Below are positions 57,793 to 64,000 of a DNA stretch of 64,000 bases, piece after piece. The translations under genes were made by a program, and so were the position numbers. Position 1 is the first letter of the stretch. Every line of letters begins with the position of its first letter. The stretch comes from the human T2T-CHM13v2.0 reference genome, Homo sapiens. Location of the stretch: assembly GCF_009914755.1 (NCBI RefSeq), contig NC_060945.1. The stretch is one strand, 5' to 3'. The notes under the pieces were generated by a model. It made no database searches. It was not told where the DNA came from and saw only the letters and a program-made list of their open reading frames with translations.

Positions 57793-60047
57793 TCAGTGTT
57801 GATTTATAATTTTTTAAAATAGTCGCAGAAATTCATTTGGGAGAGTAATTTTTGATATCCTCTTAAAAAGTAGGGAACTGAGATCAAATAACTTGTCCAA
57901 AGTTCCTTTGTAACTTTGCCCTTAGTGTCAATATAGTCAGCCCTCCATATCTGCATATTCAACCAACACTGAAGTAGCTTTATTGAGTACAAATGTTCCT
58001 TTTACATTTTTTAAGCACTTGGAAGTTCTCTGAAAAAAATAAATAAATCTGCTAAAAACACAAATTTTTATTGGCTCAAAGTAAATTTTGGTTTTTTGAT
58101 TACATTTTACTAAAAAAAGATGCCAAAATATACTAATCCTGAAAGAAGATCTGATGAGAGAAAAATAACCAATAAACTTAAGTCTGCAGCCATTCTAAGG
58201 GCATTCTGCTACTTTTACTTCCAAGACAAGAATGATTTATCATTAAATATAGTTGAAACTTTATGGTCTTATTTGGCTGTTTACCTCACTCACAAAAATA
58301 ACTGCCCTATACATGACTGTATTTCATTGTCCTAATCTGGTTTCATGTTTTTTGTTGTTATTATTTAGTGTAAAAACTGAATGCTAACCCATGTTCATAT
58401 GTGCATTTTTAAAAGCTATACCTGTTGAAATGTTGGATATTTTCACTAGCTCTCTTTTAGTCATATTAGCCTGTAAAAGTTTATTGAAGACTATTCAATT
58501 ACTGTACATTGTTTCCTGCAAAAAAAAGTATTGAATTTTTTTCTGACCTCCCTTACTGAGAATAATGAAGACCTAGGAGAATAAGGTACTTATATTTCAA
58601 AGTCTCTTAAAGTTATTGCATTTATTTTCTTTCACAAAACAAAAGAAAGCAGGAAAGCAAAACCTAGTTTAAATGAGTTGTTTTAACTAACTACTTCTTG
58701 ACAGCTAAGAAAAATTTCTTCCCAGTTGCCTTCTTTCCAACGTACACCATCTAATTCTTTCATAGACAGTAAGAACACATGGAGAGTGGGGAAGAATGTA
58801 GCTTGCAGAATTTAGTGATTTAATTGGTGGCCTTCTCAAGGGGTGCTACTGGAATTTAGGCAGTTTCTACCAAAGTCACCCAAAACCGAACTTGAACTGG
58901 CTGCATGAAGTTTTCCTACATGTTTGTCATCAAGAGTTCAAGCCACTGCAGCACTTAGAGACCTGACCATTCTACTGAAGAAAAGAAATACTATAGTAAA
59001 CTCTAGTTGGTTGTGAAATGAATGTTTTCAATTGCTAGAAGCTAATGATAAAATTTTTCTAGTAATACATTGATTTTTACATTTACAGATTTCCATAGGA
59101 TTGACAAAGATGCCTCTTCATTTTTGAGAAAAGTCCCTTCATTGCAATATTTTATGAAAAGTTCTATGTGTAACTATTTGGTACAAAGTGTAAATTTAGG
59201 TCTTCTTAAAATGACTCTACCCTTAAATAATTTTGTTTTCAAGGGTCACGTCTCTTGGGTAATGACTAACGTTCTCCTAGTGATTAGTAATAACAATTAT
59301 GTAGAATGGTGATTCTTGGTGACTTTCTGTCCCACTGAATGAAACAACATATTTCAAAATCAAGACTCTGGGACATTTGGTTCTTCTAAGTCACATTTTT
59401 TCCCCAGTATATAAAGTCAAATTTTTATGTAATTTTATATAAATCACTTTTAAATAAAAAAAATTAATAAAATATCAACAAGAATAATTGCTTATTAGTG
59501 TCTTCTTGAAATCTCTAAATTACCATTTGAAAATTGTTTTTCAATGTTTTTGGCTATGTAATCATTAGAATAAAAACTACGTTTCTGTTTAATCATTTGG
59601 ACATCTGGACCAAGCATCTGGAAATTTTAGTCAATTGTTTTTTTTCCTTGATCCAATTTTTCTGCAGTTGTTTGGTGCAGTAAAGATATCACGAGTGGAA
59701 TACATCAAGTTTGCATTCTTATCACTTTCTCTACATCTGTTACTGACATGATTTTCAGCCAGCTTCTATGTAGGCAGAAGCCAGTTTCTGGGCCTATTTT
59801 GAAACCTTGAGTTAGTTATCGTGGTTAATAAAGAGATGCAAAAAGAAACTTGCTGGACACAGAAATAATAATAGACTTATAGTGCACTACTTTAGTACTA
59901 TGCTCCAGCCTCTATACGATGCAAGGTTGGTAATGTACTAAGAGCTGTTGGCTTTGAGATTCATTAGCTATTTAATATTGGAAAAATCACTTAAATTTTG
60001 TGAGACTTAGTTCCAAAATCTACAAAATATAAGGGTAACAGAGTACA

Positions 60048-60215
60048 TTCTTTTTTATTGTGGTTAAAAACACGAGATCTACTCTCAACACATGTTTGTG
60101 TGTGGTACAGTGTTGTGAACTATAAACACAATGTTGTGCAGTAGATCTGAAAAACTTTTTCATCTTGAGTACTGAAACCTTATACCCATTGAGTAGCAAC
60201 TCCTCATTTCCCACA
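60048..60215 (-). mobile_element. L1MA/MB 3' end fragment
   Basis: tattgtggttaaaaacacgagatctactctc...gaaaccttatacccattgagtagcaactcc. Confidence 0.8.
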
Positions 60216-60553
60216 GTTCATTTTTAAAGTCTCTTCTACGTCTGAATTTCATTTCTGAAAATTTCACATATATGTTTCAACCAACATTATAATCCAATAA
60301 TATTTACTTAGTTCATATATATATGTTCCTTAATTTGTTTTGAGCAATACTATATGATACTGTTCAAAACCAATTAAAGAACATGACTTTTCATAGCTAG
60401 AGATCTTAGATTTCTAACAGCTGATTCTTATTTGAGCAAACAGAAAAAGGTACAAATACAGAACTATATACTTCTTCTACTGACCAGGAGATGATGCAGC
60501 AAGCTCTTTCCCAGCCCAAAATGCATGCAGCTTATCACACTTAGCTGCCTGAA

Positions 60554-60720
60554 CTTTTTTTTTATGGAGATGGGATCTCACTTGTTGCTCAGGCTGTAGT
60601 GCAGCAGCTTTTCACAGATGTGATAACAGAGCATTGAAGCCTCAAACCCCTGGCCTCAAACAGTCCTCCCAACTCAGCCTATCAAGTTGCTAGGACTACA
60701 GGCACTCATTGTGCCTGGCT
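60554..60720 (-). mobile_element. FAM (fossil Alu monomer)
   Basis: 7SL-like internal segment 'gcttttcacagatgtgataacagagcattgaagcctcaaac'. Confidence 0.75.
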
Positions 60721-61456
60721 AAGTGTCTGAACATTTTGTCTACAAGAATATTTTTTGCATACAAGACTGGGGCAGAAAATTACCATTCCACTTCTATTTA
60801 TTTATGGTAGGATAAAAAGCACAAAATTAAAAGTTTAGGAAACACATTGCAATAATAGATTTTCTACACAGGTAAGAAATTTCATTAAAGTACAATTTAA
60901 AATATGTGAATAGATCAAAATAATAAACTTATGTTGAAATCAACCAGAACACCTTCAGATACTTGACATTATTTTTTTAATAATTAGAGGAAGGCACAAA
61001 CACACTCTCTGTTTTTCTTTCTTTTTACATACAAATACACACACATACACACACACAATTGGAGCACAGCTAAGTGTCCATTAGTGCTCATTTTCTACTT
61101 TTATTTTCCTCTGTAAATTTCCTCTGCTATCTCAGGATTCTTTAATTTAGCAAAGTGATGTCTTTGGAGCAACACTCAAGTGCTCCTCCATTTAAATTTG
61201 AATTCTGACTCAGCCATGTCCTAACTATGTGACCACTATAAAAGTCATTTTGTCTCTCTGTAAAATGTGGATGGTGATGACTAGGTTGTTACAAAGGTAA
61301 ATGAGTTAGTAAATATTTAGTGCTTAGAACAGTGTCTAGCCTTCAGGAAGTGCTCAACAAATGTTAGTGTTTTTTAGTATGATGTTAGACACCCCTCAGT
61401 AGGACAGGACAAATTTTGGAAGAGGAAGGTAAAAGAATGCTCCGTTATAATGAGTA

Positions 61457-62200
61457 CCGTAAAAGTCCCCTCTTATCCACAGTTTCACTTTCTAAGATTT
61501 CAGTTATTGGCGGTCAACCACGATCCTAAGTTATTAAACAGATAATTTCAGAAATAAACTATTTCTAAGTTTCAATTGTGTGCTATTCTGCGGAGCATTA
61601 GGGAAACTCATACTATTCTGCTTCTTCCCAGCCTTCTTGCCTGGGATGTGAATCATCCTTTTGTCCAGCGCTTCAGCACTGTAGACACTACCCACCCCTT
61701 AGTCACTTAGTAACTATCTAGGTTCCACTAGCTGCAATCCATGGTGATATCACAGAGTTTATGTTCGAGTAGCCCTTATTTGACTTAATCATGGCCCCAA
61801 AACACAAAGGTAGTAATTCTGGCAATTTGTATATGCCAAAGACAAGCTGTAAAATTTCTCCTTTAAGCAAAAAGGTGAAAGTTCTTAACTTAGTAAGGAA
61901 GAAAAAAACATTGTATGCTGAACTTGCTAGACCTACTGCAAAGACAAATCTAACCGCAAGATGGTGAAGAAGGAAAAAGAAATTTGTGCCAGTTTTGGTG
62001 TTGCACATCAAACTAGAACAATTACAGCCACAATGCATGACAAAGGCTTAGTTAAGATAGAAAAAGGATTAAATTTTTAGTTGGAAGGCATGAACTGATA
62101 CTTGTGCAAATTGATGGGAATTGGGTTCAGTACTATCCATGCTTTCAGGCATCCACTGGAGCTTTGGATCATATCCTTGGTGAATAAGCGGGGACTACTG
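61457..62200 (+). mobile_element. MER44/Tigger7-derived element (MER44C-like)
   Basis: TIRs agtcccctcttatcc / ataagcggggactactg; TA on both flanks. Confidence 0.85.
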
Positions 62201-62778
62201 TAATGAGGATAGACAGCTCTACTAGGTGGCAAACTTTGGATGTTTTCAGTTACCCTCATATTTTATACATTTGGAAAATGAGGTCCAGAGAATTTAAGCA
62301 ACTTTCTGTTATTAAATGCTTAATTAATCCCAAATTCTAAAACACACATTTTAAAATATAAAAGTCATAATATAATAATTCAGCACTTAAGTCTTCAAAT
62401 ATTGTGAGGAATGCTAATGGTTGAAACCAGAACCCTCTAGGAGTTGAGATTGAGGTTACTTTAAAGTTTCAGGCTCTGTCTCAATGGTTTGCCTCATGCA
62501 AGTGGGTCCAGTGTACAGAATTACATTAAAAAGACTCCAATTTTTGAAAAGAAGATGATAAACTAATGTAAGTTTTCTGTCCACATATTGCAAATAGAAG
62601 CAAGAAAGAAAAAGAGGCTAGGCAGAAAAACCAAGAGAGGTCATCAATTTTGTGAGCTTAGCTATGACTTAGTGACTTAGTTCACAAAGTGAAAGTACTG
62701 AAAAAAAAAAAAGCCTTCAGAAGCGAGACCAACATTGTCATCTAGTCCTATACCTTGATACTGAATCTTATTATAATA

Positions 62779-63090
62779 CAGTTGACCATTGAACAACATG
62801 GGGTTGACCTACACAAGTTCACTTACACATGGATTTATTTTTCAATAAAAGTTATATGTGTGCCTGCTTCTTCTGCCTCCCCTTCCACCTCCTCCACCTC
62901 TTCTGCCTCTACCTTCCGAGACAGCAAGACAAACCCTTCTTCTCTCTCCTCCTCCTCAGCCTATTCAATGTGAAGACAAGATGAAGACCTTTATGAGGAT
63001 CCACTTCCATTTAATAAATGGAATGACTTAAGACTTTTATCTTCTTTATGATTTTTCTAATAGCATTTGCTTTTCTATAGCCTACTTTAG
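62779..63090 (+). mobile_element. Tigger2a-like 5' portion
   Basis: TA|cagttgaccattgaacaacatgggg...ccttccacctcctccacctcttctgcctct...gagacagcaagac. Confidence 0.85.
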
Positions 63091-64000
63091 CCTATCTTGC
63101 CTTAACTCTTTGAGACTACGTAGTCTTTTGGTGCTGCTTCCCTCTGTAACACATCATTTCTTGTGCTCCTTTTGAGCCAGATTTTGGATTCATTTGCAAA
63201 TCACCTAGCATGGCTGAACTAAAAGGATGCTATTATTTTCTGAATCTACATGAGCTGCCAGATCTACTGCTCACAAATAAAGTACTATGGGCTCTCTGTT
63301 CAGAACTGATTTGCTCAGGTAGATCAGACGATTAACCCAGTTCCATTAACCATTACAAGGGTGGATCTCCTCGGATATGTGGATACAGAAAAGAAGCCTT
63401 CCATGCTGGGGGGGCAATTTGTAGTGGTGGGTCATCAGAGGAGCAGGAATTCCTAAATAAATATACCGTATATCTTCTCTTCTAGCCACTGAACAGCACT
63501 GAGAGAATAAATGGCCCAGCCCTGACTTTTGGGTTCCCATAGCAATGTGTTTATGTTCTTACTTTGGTCATAGCACTAACCATAACATATTATGCTCATG
63601 TATTTATCACACTGTCATCCCAAGCAATTTGTGAACTCCTCGACACCAAGGATTGAGTCCTATTTATTCTTGTACTCCTGGCAGATCTCACAGTGTTTTT
63701 TACATAGTAGATCCTCAAAATGTGATGTTGACCTAATTTTCCATGGTGAGTCATTGAATCAATTATAACACTCAGTGAACTGTTTAGATGGAAAAGAACT
63801 TCCATGTGATGTAAGGGGTCAAATGTAGGTAGGGAAGCTGCAGATTATTTATAGTATCACATTTGATGCAGCTTAGAACAGAAATCATGACTTTTCACTT
63901 TATCCTCAGAGTCACTTTGCTGAGAAGGCATAAAGTGGCCAGGATTGATAGTTTTACAACATGATAATCAGCCAGGGTTTACAAGGCACTCTGCACAACT

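Overview
AT-rich, repeat-dense primate (most likely human) genomic DNA with no intact protein-coding gene that I can support. Many ORF-track entries are Alu, L1, L2 or LTR read-throughs, and I could not assign the rest to any protein. The window is dominated by Alu (S and Y families, plus FAM/FRAM monomers), L1 (L1PA and old L1M), L2/MIR, MaLR/ERVL LTRs and DNA-transposon fossils (MER58, MER5A, MER53, MADE1, MER44/Tigger7, Tigger2). The standout is a ~380-bp genomic (intron-exon-intron) fragment carrying one STXBP3/Munc18c exon (15059-15144). It sits inside an MSTB LTR whose two halves and 5-bp TSD (GTAGG) are still recognisable, so this is an orphan exon-capture event. The window also shows several local templated duplications: 11.2/13.4 kb, 35.4/37.1 kb and an inverted 49.9/52.7 kb pair. 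Other observations are a CpG-intact, essentially consensus AluY, a TSD-less AluY at a probable deletion junction, and two clusters of decayed exon-like units (+ strand 0.1-7.2 kb; - strand 58-59 kb) that may be remnants of unidentified unprocessed pseudogenes. Repeat subfamily calls and the STXBP3 match are from recalled consensus/protein sequences, not from a database search.
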